This document shows, in pieces, positions 47,946 through 57,302 of a stretch of 64,000 nt of DNA. The notes under the pieces were generated by a model. It ran no database searches. It had not been told where the DNA came from and saw only the letters and a program-made list of their open reading frames with translations. A program made the position numbers and the translations under genes. How positions within the stretch are numbered: the first letter of the stretch is position 1; the number at the start of each line of letters is the position of its first letter. Source of the stretch: Alphaproteobacteria bacterium. GTDB taxonomy: Bacteria > Pseudomonadota > Alphaproteobacteria > CAAHEQ01 > UBA3637. Location of the stretch: the NCBI GenBank assembly GCA_045532865.1, contig JAZSGT010000017.1, positions 1,067 to 65,066 of the forward strand, in the 5' to 3' direction.

Positions 47946-49214
47946 ATGGGTTTTTTAGGTATTATTTTAATTCTTGGGTTGTGCTTTTTAATTTCAAACA
48001 ATCGAAAAAATATCAACTACCGAACTGTTTTTGTAGGGTTAACTCTACAATTTTTAATCGCATTTTTTATTTTAAAAACCTCCATAGGGCAAGCTACATT
48101 TAAAGCTTTAGGAAATGGCATTCAAAAAATTTTAAATTTTGCCGTCGAGGGAGGAAATTTTGTTTTTGGTTTTTTAACCGATAGACCTCAAACATTGGTT
48201 GATGTTCTTGGAGAAGGGGCAAATTTTGTTTTTGCTTTAACATTGATTCCGGTTCTTATATTTGTAATGGTTCTTGTAAACATCCTCTACTACTGGGGCA
48301 TTATGCAAAGAATTATCCTTGTTTTTGGAAAAGGAATGTACAAGTTAATGAACATTACTGGTGCTGAAGCTATTTCTAATATTGCAAGTGCAATTATTGG
48401 TCAAGTTGAGGCACAAATGCTCATTCAACCACACTTAAAAAAAATGACTATGTCCCAGCTTTTAGCATCAATGACAGGTTCTTTAGCTTGTATATCAGGC
48501 AGTATTATGGCTGTTTATATAGGTATGGGTGTACCAGCTGAATACTTACTTGCTGCAAGTTTTATGGCTGCACCGGGGGCTCTTGTTGTTTCTAAAATTA
48601 TTTATCCCGAAGAAAAAAAGATTATCCCTGAAAAAGAGATATCCTTAAGTAAAGAAGTTTCTTCTATCAATTTAATTGACGCTATTGCTCAAGGTGCAAC
48701 AACAGGATTAAAAGTTGGTGCAAATATTATTGCAATGATTATTGGTTTAATTGCTCTTATTGCCTTGTTTAATTATTGCTTAGGATTGTTTGGTTCATTT
48801 CTTGTCAACATATTAAATGCACCTGCTAAAATTGGCGTTTTAGACATTCAAAATCTTTCTTTAAGTGGATTACTAGGTGTTTGTTTTTCTGGTTTTGCTT
48901 TTATTTTAGGTGTTCCAGCATCTGAAATTTTCACTGTTGGATCATTAATGGGTGAAAAACTTGTCTTCAACGAATTTATTGCCTATTTACACATGACAAG
49001 CATGGATGTTCAACTTTCTCCCAAAGCGCTTATTATTGCTTCATTTGCATTGTGTGGTTTTGCTAATTTTGGGTCTATTGCCATGCAAATTGGTGGCATT
49101 GGAGAATTAGCACCCGAACGCAGAAAAGACCTTGCAAAACTTGGTTACAAGGCCTTAATTGCAGGAACATTAACATCCTATATTTCTGCAGCTATTGCTG
49201 GGTTGTTGCTTTAG
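47946..49214 (+). CDS. nupC: NupC-family concentrative nucleoside transporter
   Basis: Polytopic membrane protein whose N- and C-terminal regions match NupC/CNT patterns (GxxGIxxxLxxxxLxSxNR..I at the N terminus, ...CGFANFGSIAMQIGG near the C terminus). Confidence 0.85.
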   Translation: MGFLGIILILGLCFLISNNRKNINYRTVFVGLTLQFLIAFFILKTSIGQATFKALGNGIQKILNFAVEGGNFVFGFLTDRPQTLVDVLGEGANFVFALTLIPVLIFVMVLVNILYYWGIMQRIILVFGKGMYKLMNITGAEAISNIASAIIGQVEAQMLIQPHLKKMTMSQLLASMTGSLACISGSIMAVYIGMGVPAEYLLAASFMAAPGALVVSKIIYPEEKKIIPEKEISLSKEVSSINLIDAIAQGATTGLKVGANIIAMIIGLIALIALFNYCLGLFGSFLVNILNAPAKIGVLDIQNLSLSGLLGVCFSGFAFILGVPASEIFTVGSLMGEKLVFNEFIAYLHMTSMDVQLSPKALIIASFALCGFANFGSIAMQIGGIGELAPERRKDLAKLGYKALIAGTLTSYISAAIAGLLL

Positions 49215-50493
49215 TTTTTTGCCATCCCTCACTGGCTCGACTAATATAATCGTTGTAAAGAGTCAACTCCTTGGTTGGAATTGCTTTTCGCCCCAAAATA
49301 ATATCTTTTGAGCGACCTGTAACAAAACAATCACCCCAGATTAATTTTTTTTCAAATGAATAGGCCAAATCAGCCATTAAACGAGCTTCCATATATGTCC
49401 CACCTTCTGGAAAAATAAATTTGAGATCATTTTTAAATTTACTTCTTATTTGATTAAAAATAAACTCATGTTCTTTTAAAACAAAACCAGTTCCATTTAA
49501 AATATTTGAAAATGTTTGAAAAGCAATTGGATTTTTCCATCCCCCACCAAATAGAACAAAATTTGTTGGTAAATATTCCACATTTTCAATATGTTTTAAA
49601 GCAAAAGCTGCAACATATCCTGAAAAATAAGATAAAGTAAAAAGTGTATTTACAAAACCTTTCTCATCTTGAACAGATATAATATCATCTAAATAATACA
49701 ACGAAGGATCAGCAGATTTAGGCGCTTTTAATTCTAAATAATTTTCACCATCTTTTGTTCTAACAGACTGATAAAAAAGCTTTTCAAGCAACTGTACATT
49801 CAATGAGCCTTTTAGACCCCAAAAACCATCTTTATCAAAAGGTATATTTTTATATTCTCGAACAATTTTATCGCTAAACTCATTAAAAGGCCCAGCGTCA
49901 AACCCTAATTTAACTTTACCATCCATAATAAGAGCCAAATTTGATGTATTCCCTGCATTATAAAAAAATGCATCTTTCAGCCCCATTTGATGGGCAATAT
50001 GCTCATTATGAGGTGGAATTAATGGTGCTCCTTCACCATTAAAAAATATATCATCAGATCTAAAATCATATACCACAGGAATTTTTAGCAAATTTGCCAA
50101 CATCTGTCCTGATCCCATTTGAAGTGTATATGCTGGAAGGTTTAAAGTGGCAACACTTGGTGGATTATGATCCAAAGTTTGACCATGGAATCCTATCAAA
50201 TCAATATCTATTGATTTTAATTTTTCTTGCGCAAGCAATTCATCAATTGCAAATTTAATCCAATGAATATAAGCATCGTGAACTTCTAGAAAAAACGAAT
50301 CGTCTTTTAAATTTATAGATAATAAATCTCGTTTTTTTATTCTTTCTTTTAATTTTAAGATATTTTTTTGTAATGTGTCAGAAATTTTTTTGCTCAAAAA
50401 AGCAATATCTTTCATATGCCCATTATTAAATTCTGTTAAAATAATATCACAACCGTCTAATGAATTTCCGGTCATCACTCCAATAATTTTCAT
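49192..50493 (-). CDS. anmK: Anhydro-N-acetylmuramic acid kinase
   Basis: IGVMTGNSLDGCDI, GFHGQT, DFRSDDIFFNGEGAPL and a GGG.KNP motif, colinear by eye with E. coli AnmK. The 3' end overlaps nupC by 23 nt (convergent). Confidence 0.88.
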   Translation of the reverse strand: MKIIGVMTGNSLDGCDIILTEFNNGHMKDIAFLSKKISDTLQKNILKLKERIKKRDLLSINLKDDSFFLEVHDAYIHWIKFAIDELLAQEKLKSIDIDLIGFHGQTLDHNPPSVATLNLPAYTLQMGSGQMLANLLKIPVVYDFRSDDIFFNGEGAPLIPPHNEHIAHQMGLKDAFFYNAGNTSNLALIMDGKVKLGFDAGPFNEFSDKIVREYKNIPFDKDGFWGLKGSLNVQLLEKLFYQSVRTKDGENYLELKAPKSADPSLYYLDDIISVQDEKGFVNTLFTLSYFSGYVAAFALKHIENVEYLPTNFVLFGGGWKNPIAFQTFSNILNGTGFVLKEHEFIFNQIRSKFKNDLKFIFPEGGTYMEARLMADLAYSFEKKLIWGDCFVTGRSKDIILGRKAIPTKELTLYNDYISRASEGWQKTKATTQQ

Positions 50494-50560
50494 TATAATA
50501 ATCAACTCCCTTTTTTATTTTGCTCTTATTTATTTTTTTTTGCAATAAAAAGTGTGAATT

Positions 50561-50770
50561 TTACTCATTATTTTCAATAGACCAATTATTTTGAGACAAC
50601 TCCCAAATGCTTGGAGAATAAGGCTTCCAAAAAGAATTTTCTTGATAAAGAGCATAAACAACACCTTCACTTCCGTTTAATAATTCTTTTAAAAATATAT
50701 CTCCATTTAAACTGATTGTTTTTCCACTTTGCAATGCATTTAATATGTTTTTATCTGTAATTTTTCCCAT
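50561..50770 (-). CDS. Hypothetical 69-aa protein, divergent from the XRE regulator
   Basis: AAAGGA SD 8 nt upstream of ATG 50770. I recognise no family. Confidence 0.5.
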   Translation of the reverse strand: MGKITDKNILNALQSGKTISLNGDIFLKELLNGSEGVVYALYQENSFWKPYSPSIWELSQNNWSIENNE

Positions 50771-50820
50771 TTGAATTTTCCTTTCATGTTATATAAAAAA
50801 AATAAAATATTACTTCAATT

Positions 50821-50853
50821 TTACATAAAAATTTATGTAACACATTTTATGTG
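50821..50853. promoter_or_regulatory. Candidate operator: two adjacent palindromes
   Basis: TTACATAAA-aa-TTTATGTAA (50821-50840, 9-bp arms) is followed immediately by CACAT-ttt-ATGTG (50841-50853). Both share an ACAT/ATGT core and lie in the divergent intergenic region. Confidence 0.5.
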
Positions 50854-50877
50854 TAGTGTCAATTAAAAAAAATCAAG

Positions 50878-50905
50878 TTTACAAAATCATTTTTTTTGAT
50901 ATAAT
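50878..50905 (+). promoter_or_regulatory. Promoter of the XRE gene; the transcript is probably leaderless
   Basis: TTTACA (50878-50883), a 16-nt spacer, then TATAAT (50900-50905). The ATG at 50912 is only 6 nt past the -10 element and no SD is present. Confidence 0.55.
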
Positions 50906-50911
50906 AAACTC

Positions 50912-51343
50912 ATGGTAAAAGAAAGAACACACCACTTTAACTTATTGAAAACAAAAAGGCTAAAATTAGGCCTTTCTCAAAGTGCAATGGCAAAAAAAAT
51001 TGGAGTAAGCCAACAACACTGGGATCGATATGAAAAAGGTTATCCCATCCCTTTAGAAAAAGTTATTTCCATTTCTGATCTTTTAGGGATTTCAAAATGG
51101 GATCTTTTACCTCCAGAGTTTACTCCACAAACAACAGGATATTTAAACAAAACACTTTTAAGCGAAATTATTATTTCAATTGAGAAACTCATAATTGAAA
51201 AAAAACTTCAATTTTCACCAGAAAATAAAGCAAGACTTATCATTTTAATTTATGAGAAATTATCAAAACGTGCCTCAAATGACAATATACAAAAAAATAT
51301 TCAATCTTTAATTACAGATTTTTCATTAGAGCACTCAGCATAA
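50912..51343 (+). CDS. XRE-family helix-turn-helix transcriptional regulator
   Basis: LKTKRLKLGLSQSAMAKKIGVSQQHWDRYEKG is a typical HTH_3 motif. The C-terminal ~70 aa are unrecognised. Confidence 0.85.
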   Translation: MVKERTHHFNLLKTKRLKLGLSQSAMAKKIGVSQQHWDRYEKGYPIPLEKVISISDLLGISKWDLLPPEFTPQTTGYLNKTLLSEIIISIEKLIIEKKLQFSPENKARLIILIYEKLSKRASNDNIQKNIQSLITDFSLEHSA

Positions 51344-51352
51344 GAGATTTAC

Positions 51353-51745
51353 ATGTTCCCCGATGATGAAATAAATTTACTGTTTAGACAGGCAATTCCT
51401 GCAAACTCCAATAAAAAAAACATCCTCACAAAAAAAATATTTTTTCTTTGTGTTTTGTTTATGTTTGGAGCTTTATTCACTTTTCCTATATATAACAAAT
51501 CAAAAACAATTGAAAAAAATTTAAAACTTACCGAAAACATAGATTTTTATGATACAAAAATATCAAATAAAGAAAAAGCTGAATTAAGAAAACTTGTTAA
51601 ACTTCTTGCAAAAAAAGAAAATAGGCATGTAAACAGCATCCACGCAGAACTACGCCCTCGTTTTAATTACCGTTCTTATCATCACCTTGATTTAAGAACT
51701 TACAACAAAGTTAAAAATTATTTAACTTTTCGCTTAAAAAATTAA
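51353..51745 (+). CDS. Hypothetical single-TM protein (130 aa)
   Basis: TM segment IFFLCVLFMFGALFTFPIY followed by a basic helical C-terminal region. Starts 9 nt after the XRE gene stop. Confidence 0.5.
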   Translation: MFPDDEINLLFRQAIPANSNKKNILTKKIFFLCVLFMFGALFTFPIYNKSKTIEKNLKLTENIDFYDTKISNKEKAELRKLVKLLAKKENRHVNSIHAELRPRFNYRSYHHLDLRTYNKVKNYLTFRLKN

Positions 51746-51747
51746 AT

Positions 51748-52206
51748 TTATTTCCCTTTTTGCCAACGTCTTAAATATTGGTAAAATTTTTGTCTGTCAC
51801 GTGAATGCTTTAATTTTGCATCTATAAAACCATTATAGTGACGTCTTAATGCAACTTTAGGAAAATCTGGAATATCAATCTCAACAGTTTCCCCTATTTT
51901 AATTTGTCTGAGCGCAGGTTCAAAACATTTTTTATTAATAAATTTATGCAATGATCGTTCTATCAAACAAAAATTTGATACATGATTCGTCCCTCCACCA
52001 GACAACGGTAAAATATGATGAACATCAAAACCATGTGGTATTTTACCTCTCTTCGCACGTTCTAAATTAATAACATCTTTATACTGTTCCAAATACCCTT
52101 TTCGATATAACCATTTCACAAATTTTTGATTCATATTTCGTCTATCAAATTCTTTTCTCAAAGCTTTTGTGACGGCTGGTGGTTGTAGTGTAAATTGAAG
52201 TGCCAT
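51748..52206 (-). CDS. HNH endonuclease-domain protein
   Basis: GFDVHHILPLSGGGTNHVSNFCLIERSLH matches the H-N-H layout (HH...N...H). Its ATG lies 2 nt after the recG stop, with a GGGG SD-like run inside the end of recG. Confidence 0.8.
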   Translation of the reverse strand: MALQFTLQPPAVTKALRKEFDRRNMNQKFVKWLYRKGYLEQYKDVINLERAKRGKIPHGFDVHHILPLSGGGTNHVSNFCLIERSLHKFINKKCFEPALRQIKIGETVEIDIPDFPKVALRRHYNGFIDAKLKHSRDRQKFYQYLRRWQKGK

Positions 52207-52208
52207 TG

Positions 52209-54293
52209 TTACCCCGCTTTCAATGTTAAAATCTCAGTCTCTTTTTGAAACAAATATAATAATATACGCAAAGCTTTTCCTCTCTCACTTTGCAAATTTG
52301 GATCCAAAGTCAAAATTGTCTTTGCATCTTGCGCTGCCGTTGCAAGCAAATGATAGTGAATTGTTAAATCTGCCATTTTAAAAACAGGCATCCCACTTTG
52401 TCGCACACCTAACAACTCGCCGGCTCCACGCAATCTTAAATCTTCTTCAGCAATCACAAAACCATTTTCGCTTTCACGCATAACCTTTAATCGTGCTATT
52501 GCAGTTTCAGATAATTTTTTTCCATGCAATAACAAACAAATAGATTTACTTCCTCCTCGACCGACACGTCCCCTTAACTGATGCAACCCAGCTAATCCAA
52601 ACCGTTCAGCTCCTTCAATTACAATAACACTTGCTGTTGGCACATCAACACCAACTTCAATCACCGTTGTTGAAACCAAAACATCCAAATTGCCTGATTT
52701 AAACTTTTCCATCACAGCATCTTTTTCACTTCCTTTCATTTTTCCATGAACAAGTCCTACCCGATCTTGAAAAATCTCCTTTAAAGATTCAAATCTTTTT
52801 TCGGCTGCAATCAGATCCATTTTTTCAGACTCTTGAACCAAAGGGCAAACCCAATATACTTGAATTTTTTCATCGCTATTTTTGATTTTTTGAAAAAGTT
52901 TTTCCATCACTTCTTGAACTTTTTCACTCGAAATAACCTTCGTTTCAATTGGAATTCTATTTTTTGGTTTTTCATCTAAAAGTGAAATGTCCATATCTCC
53001 GTACGTTGTCAAAGCCAATGTTCTGGGAATAGGCGTTGCTGTCATTACAAGTAAATTAACACCTTTTTGTTTACGTGTTAACGCTAAACGTTGTTGAACT
53101 CCAAATTTATGTTGCTCATCAATAACAACTAACCCTAATTTTTGATATTCAACATCTAATGTAAAAACAGCATGTGTTCCAACTAAAATATCAACTTCCC
53201 CTGATTTTAATTTATCTAAAATCAATTGCCTTTTTTTCCCTTTTTCACGACCAGTCAACAAAGCGACTGAAATATCAAGACGTTGCAACATCTTTTCAAA
53301 CGACAAAAAATGTTGCTGGGCTAAAATATCTGTTGGAGCCATAATCACACCTTGATATCCAGCATCAACAGCCATTAATAAACTTGCCAACGCAACAACT
53401 GTTTTTCCACTACCAACATCTCCTTGAAGCAATCGTATCATCTTATCTTTTGATGTAAGGTCATTTTTAATTTCTTGGATAACGCGCTGTTGCGCACCAG
53501 TCAATTCAAAAGGAAGATTTTGCAATACTTGTTCTTCATAATTTGTATTTTTTACAAAACAAATTCCTTGCTGACGTTTATGATGCGATCTTGCCAAAAA
53601 CAATGCCAATTGATTTGCAAGCAATTCATCATAAGCCAAACGTTTTCTAAAAACAGAATCAAATGATAAATCTTCATATGTTTTAGGATTATGTACTTTT
53701 AAGATACTTGTCTTCCAGTCCACAAACCTTTGTTTTTTCAAAAAAGGCTCATCTTGCCATTCAGGCAAACAAGGAGCTTTAGACAAAGCATAGCGTATTG
53801 ATTTTGAAAGAACCTTTCCAGATAACCCTGCTGTTAAAGGATAAATCGCCTCATATTCCGGTATTTCTTTTATGTCGCTTACAATATAATCAGGATGAAG
53901 TATTCCTAATTTTCCAATAAACTTTTCTATTTTCCCAGATACAAAATATGTTTTCCCAACACACAATTTCTTAGATAAATACTCTTCATGATAATTAAAA
54001 AACACCAATTCAAAGTCAGCCAAGTTAAAAGAACCTTGAACTTTGTATGGAGCATTTCTTTTGGGAGGTTTTATATGTTTTTTAACAAAAAAAGGAATCG
54101 TTCCTAATTGTCCCAACCGTATTTCAAACTCATTTTTATATAAAGGACGATAGTTAACTCCTGAAGGTAGAGAAAACAACACATCAACAATATGTGGACC
54201 ACACAAAGACTCAATTAATTTTGATAATTTTGGCCCCACCCCATTAATTTGAGACACCTGACAAAACAAACCATTCAAACACTCAGGACGCAT
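52209..54293 (-). CDS. recG: ATP-dependent DNA helicase RecG
   Basis: GDVGSGKT, VIDEQHKFGV, ATPIPRT and QLRGRVGRG motifs, with a wedge/OB N-terminal region. Start at ATG 54293 (MRPECL...). Confidence 0.95.
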   Translation of the reverse strand: MRPECLNGLFCQVSQINGVGPKLSKLIESLCGPHIVDVLFSLPSGVNYRPLYKNEFEIRLGQLGTIPFFVKKHIKPPKRNAPYKVQGSFNLADFELVFFNYHEEYLSKKLCVGKTYFVSGKIEKFIGKLGILHPDYIVSDIKEIPEYEAIYPLTAGLSGKVLSKSIRYALSKAPCLPEWQDEPFLKKQRFVDWKTSILKVHNPKTYEDLSFDSVFRKRLAYDELLANQLALFLARSHHKRQQGICFVKNTNYEEQVLQNLPFELTGAQQRVIQEIKNDLTSKDKMIRLLQGDVGSGKTVVALASLLMAVDAGYQGVIMAPTDILAQQHFLSFEKMLQRLDISVALLTGREKGKKRQLILDKLKSGEVDILVGTHAVFTLDVEYQKLGLVVIDEQHKFGVQQRLALTRKQKGVNLLVMTATPIPRTLALTTYGDMDISLLDEKPKNRIPIETKVISSEKVQEVMEKLFQKIKNSDEKIQVYWVCPLVQESEKMDLIAAEKRFESLKEIFQDRVGLVHGKMKGSEKDAVMEKFKSGNLDVLVSTTVIEVGVDVPTASVIVIEGAERFGLAGLHQLRGRVGRGGSKSICLLLHGKKLSETAIARLKVMRESENGFVIAEEDLRLRGAGELLGVRQSGMPVFKMADLTIHYHLLATAAQDAKTILTLDPNLQSERGKALRILLYLFQKETEILTLKAG

Positions 54294-54305
54294 CAAAAAA
54301 CCTTT

Positions 54306-54755
54306 TTATTTTTTCTTTTTAACTCTCTTTTTTGCATTTTTAATTGGTCGCTGAGGTTTTATAACTTTCCCATTTGGCATTTTAATTGTTCCATCACGAT
54401 AAACAACTGATTTAAAAATATCTTGTTTTTCAAATCGTTTTAAAACCTCGCCACAACGCATTAAAGTCTTTTTCTTTTGCTCTTGAAAAGCTTTTAACTT
54501 TGCCTTTGCATAAATATTTAAAGCCTCTTTTTCTTCCTTATCGGTCTTCAATGGGTTAACAATAATTCTACTTGCAATCATCTCATAATTTTTAAGTTGA
54601 TCTGTATCCACTTGACATGCAAGTGCAACACCAGCTGAAATACCCAATTGCTCTGTAACTGAAACACCTTTAGCTGTTCGACTGTTTGCCAACACCTCCA
54701 ACGGCATCAATAACCCTAAACAAACGCAAAAAAACAAGGATATATTTTTTTTCAT
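54306..54755 (-). CDS. Secreted hypothetical protein with a Lys-rich C terminus
   Basis: Signal peptide MKKNISLFFCVCLGLLMPLEVLA. I recognise no family. Located directly upstream of recG. Confidence 0.55.
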   Translation of the reverse strand: MKKNISLFFCVCLGLLMPLEVLANSRTAKGVSVTEQLGISAGVALACQVDTDQLKNYEMIASRIIVNPLKTDKEEKEALNIYAKAKLKAFQEQKKKTLMRCGEVLKRFEKQDIFKSVVYRDGTIKMPNGKVIKPQRPIKNAKKRVKKKK

Positions 54756-54842
54756 TGCTTTTCATCCTTAAAAATTCTATACTGTTTCTATCTATAGTTA
54801 TGTTTTTTAACATATTTAAAACCTATTTTCAAGGGAAAATTC

Positions 54843-55493
54843 ATGCTAAATGGCCCATCTTTTATTCCGAATAATCCTCAAAATGCTCTAGTTTTATTTC
54901 ATGGATACGGGGCTGATGGTGAGGATTTATTTGCACTAACAAGCGAATTTAAAAGCCATTTTAAAAATATGGCATTTTTTTCCCCAAACGCACCTTCAAT
55001 CACTTTAGGTGGGGGATACGAATGGTTTTCTCTAGATGATTATTTTTCAAAACCATCTTTAGATTTTGAATATTTAAAAATTCTTGAAAGACGCGCTATT
55101 GAGAAATTACACCTTGTTGAAGAATATATTTCTAACATTGAAAAACAACTTCACCTTCAAAGAAATCACATTTTTATTGCTGGCTTTTCGCAAGGAGGGC
55201 TTATAGCTTCTCAAACAGCTTTTAAATCTGATAAAGAATTTAATGGTCTTATTTTAATGTCTCCGGTCCCTATGGCTACGATAAATGAATCAGCAATTAA
55301 AATCCCTGTATTATTAACAAGAGGCTTACAAGATTACATCATTCCCAATCAAGCTGCTGAACTGACAAAGCCAACACTTATTCATCACAATTTTTCTGTA
55401 ACCGAATCGATTGATCCTTTTTTAGGTCACGGTATTGGCAAACAACACATTGATGCAATTATTCAGTTCATGCAAAAACATATTAAAAGTTAA
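54843..55493 (+). CDS. Alpha/beta hydrolase, phospholipase/carboxylesterase family
   Basis: LFHGYGADGEDL, nucleophile elbow GFSQGG and a late His (LGHGI). Confidence 0.8.
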   Translation: MLNGPSFIPNNPQNALVLFHGYGADGEDLFALTSEFKSHFKNMAFFSPNAPSITLGGGYEWFSLDDYFSKPSLDFEYLKILERRAIEKLHLVEEYISNIEKQLHLQRNHIFIAGFSQGGLIASQTAFKSDKEFNGLILMSPVPMATINESAIKIPVLLTRGLQDYIIPNQAAELTKPTLIHHNFSVTESIDPFLGHGIGKQHIDAIIQFMQKHIKS

Positions 55494-55509
55494 TTTATCG
55501 GAGTAAATT

Positions 55510-57288
55510 ATGTCAAAACCTGAAATAAAAAAAGTTAACATTGTCGAAGCATATAAGCGTATATGGCCTTTTGTTAAGCCTTATTGGTTTCGCTGTCTTT
55601 TGGCAACATTAATTACCTTACCAATTGGAGCTCTTGATGCAGTTATCGCTTTAGCTTTAAAACCTTTTATGGATACAGTTGTTATTGAACAAAATGGGAC
55701 AACGCCTTTTAATTTACCATTGTATATTATTCCTATTTTTATTATTTTATTTACTTTCTTTCAATCATCTCTGGAATATGCTTCAGCTTATTTAAGCGCT
55801 TGGACTGGTGGAAAAATCACACAAGGTATGAAAAAAAAGCTCTATGAAAAATTGTTAACATTAGACACCTCATTCTTGGATAATGCATCTTCAGGTTTTA
55901 TTGTAACACGTTTTGATTCTGATGCAAACACAGCTTGTTCAGGTCTTTTAAACAATGTCAAAACTTTTACAACAAGAATCTTTTCTTCTTTAACACTTAT
56001 CGGAGTTTTGCTTTATACATCTTGGCAACTCGCTATTATTGCCATTATTGTACTTGGTTTTTCACTTTATCCTGTAACAAAGATTAGAAAACGCATTAAA
56101 AAAATCGTTGCACAAAGCGTAATTGTAAATGGTCAGGTTTTAACAGCTTTTAATGAAACATTTGCCGGAAGCAAAACAATCAAATCATACAACTTGCACA
56201 CCTATCAGCGTAAAAAATTCTTTGATATCTTAACTCAAAGTTTCAAACTCACTATTAAAAACACACAACGAACAGCTTGGCTTTCCCCTGTTATGCATAT
56301 GATTATTGCAACTGGAATGGCAGGAGCCATTTGGTATGGAAGCTATTTAATCAAAAGTAAAACCATTACAGCTGGGGATTTTGTTGCATTCATGACAGCG
56401 ATGTTAATGCTTTACACTCCGATTAAAAACATTGGGAAAAATTTTAATGCTGTTCAGCTTTCTTTAATGGCGATTGAACGTGTATTTGAAATGATTGATA
56501 TGCCTGTTACCATTAAGGAAGAAGAAAAAGCCTCTTCCATTCAATCGTTGGAAAAAGAAATCACATTTAAAGATGTTTCATTTTCTTATACTGAAGAAAA
56601 AACCATCTTAAAAAATATCAACTTAACCATTCCTAAAGGCCAAACTATTGCTCTGGTGGGAAATTCTGGTGGAGGAAAAACAACCGTTGTTAGTTTAATT
56701 CCAAGATTTTATGATGTAACAAAAGGTGCTATTGAAATTGATGGCAAAAACATTAAGGATATCAATTTAACCTCTTTAAGAGACAAAATTGCTGTTGTTT
56801 TTCAAGACAATTTTTTATTCTCTGGCACAATTTTGGACAACATCTTGCTTGGAAAACTTGATGCAACAAAAAAAGAAATCGACAAAGCTATTAAGATGGC
56901 TTGCTTAGATGAGTTTATCGCCTCTCTTGACAATGGATTAAAAACAGAAATTGGCGAACGGGGTGTTCTTCTTTCTGGTGGACAGAAACAACGTATTGCT
57001 ATCGCCAGAGCTTTTTTAAAAAATGCACCTATTGTTATTTTAGACGAAGCTACTTCAGCTCTGGATAATAAGTCTGAAGCAATTGTTCAACAAGCTATTG
57101 ACAACTTAATGAAAGATAGAACCGTTATTGTCATTGCTCATAGATTATCCACTGTTCAAAATGCAAATAAAATTGTTGTTATTAATTCAGGTGAAATTGT
57201 CGAAACAGGTACGCATCAAGAATTACTTGATAAGAAAGAAGCCTACTTTACCCTTTATCAAGCTCAATTTAAACATAAAGCAGCCTAA
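55510..57288 (+). CDS. ABC transporter, fused permease/ATPase (MsbA-like exporter)
   Basis: Six-TM N-terminal domain. Walker A GNSGGGKTT, signature LSGGQKQR and Walker B VILDEATS. Confidence 0.9.
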   Translation: MSKPEIKKVNIVEAYKRIWPFVKPYWFRCLLATLITLPIGALDAVIALALKPFMDTVVIEQNGTTPFNLPLYIIPIFIILFTFFQSSLEYASAYLSAWTGGKITQGMKKKLYEKLLTLDTSFLDNASSGFIVTRFDSDANTACSGLLNNVKTFTTRIFSSLTLIGVLLYTSWQLAIIAIIVLGFSLYPVTKIRKRIKKIVAQSVIVNGQVLTAFNETFAGSKTIKSYNLHTYQRKKFFDILTQSFKLTIKNTQRTAWLSPVMHMIIATGMAGAIWYGSYLIKSKTITAGDFVAFMTAMLMLYTPIKNIGKNFNAVQLSLMAIERVFEMIDMPVTIKEEEKASSIQSLEKEITFKDVSFSYTEEKTILKNINLTIPKGQTIALVGNSGGGKTTVVSLIPRFYDVTKGAIEIDGKNIKDINLTSLRDKIAVVFQDNFLFSGTILDNILLGKLDATKKEIDKAIKMACLDEFIASLDNGLKTEIGERGVLLSGGQKQRIAIARAFLKNAPIVILDEATSALDNKSEAIVQQAIDNLMKDRTVIVIAHRLSTVQNANKIVVINSGEIVETGTHQELLDKKEAYFTLYQAQFKHKAA

Positions 57289-57302
57289 AAAAGGAGGCAA
57301 AA

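Noticed and set aside
49192-49214. The 23-nt convergent overlap of the nupC and anmK 3' ends was considered as a sign of a mis-assembly or frameshift.
   Set aside because: Both proteins align by eye with their families up to near their ends, and short 3' overlaps occur in compact genomes. It is noted only as a terminator-less junction.
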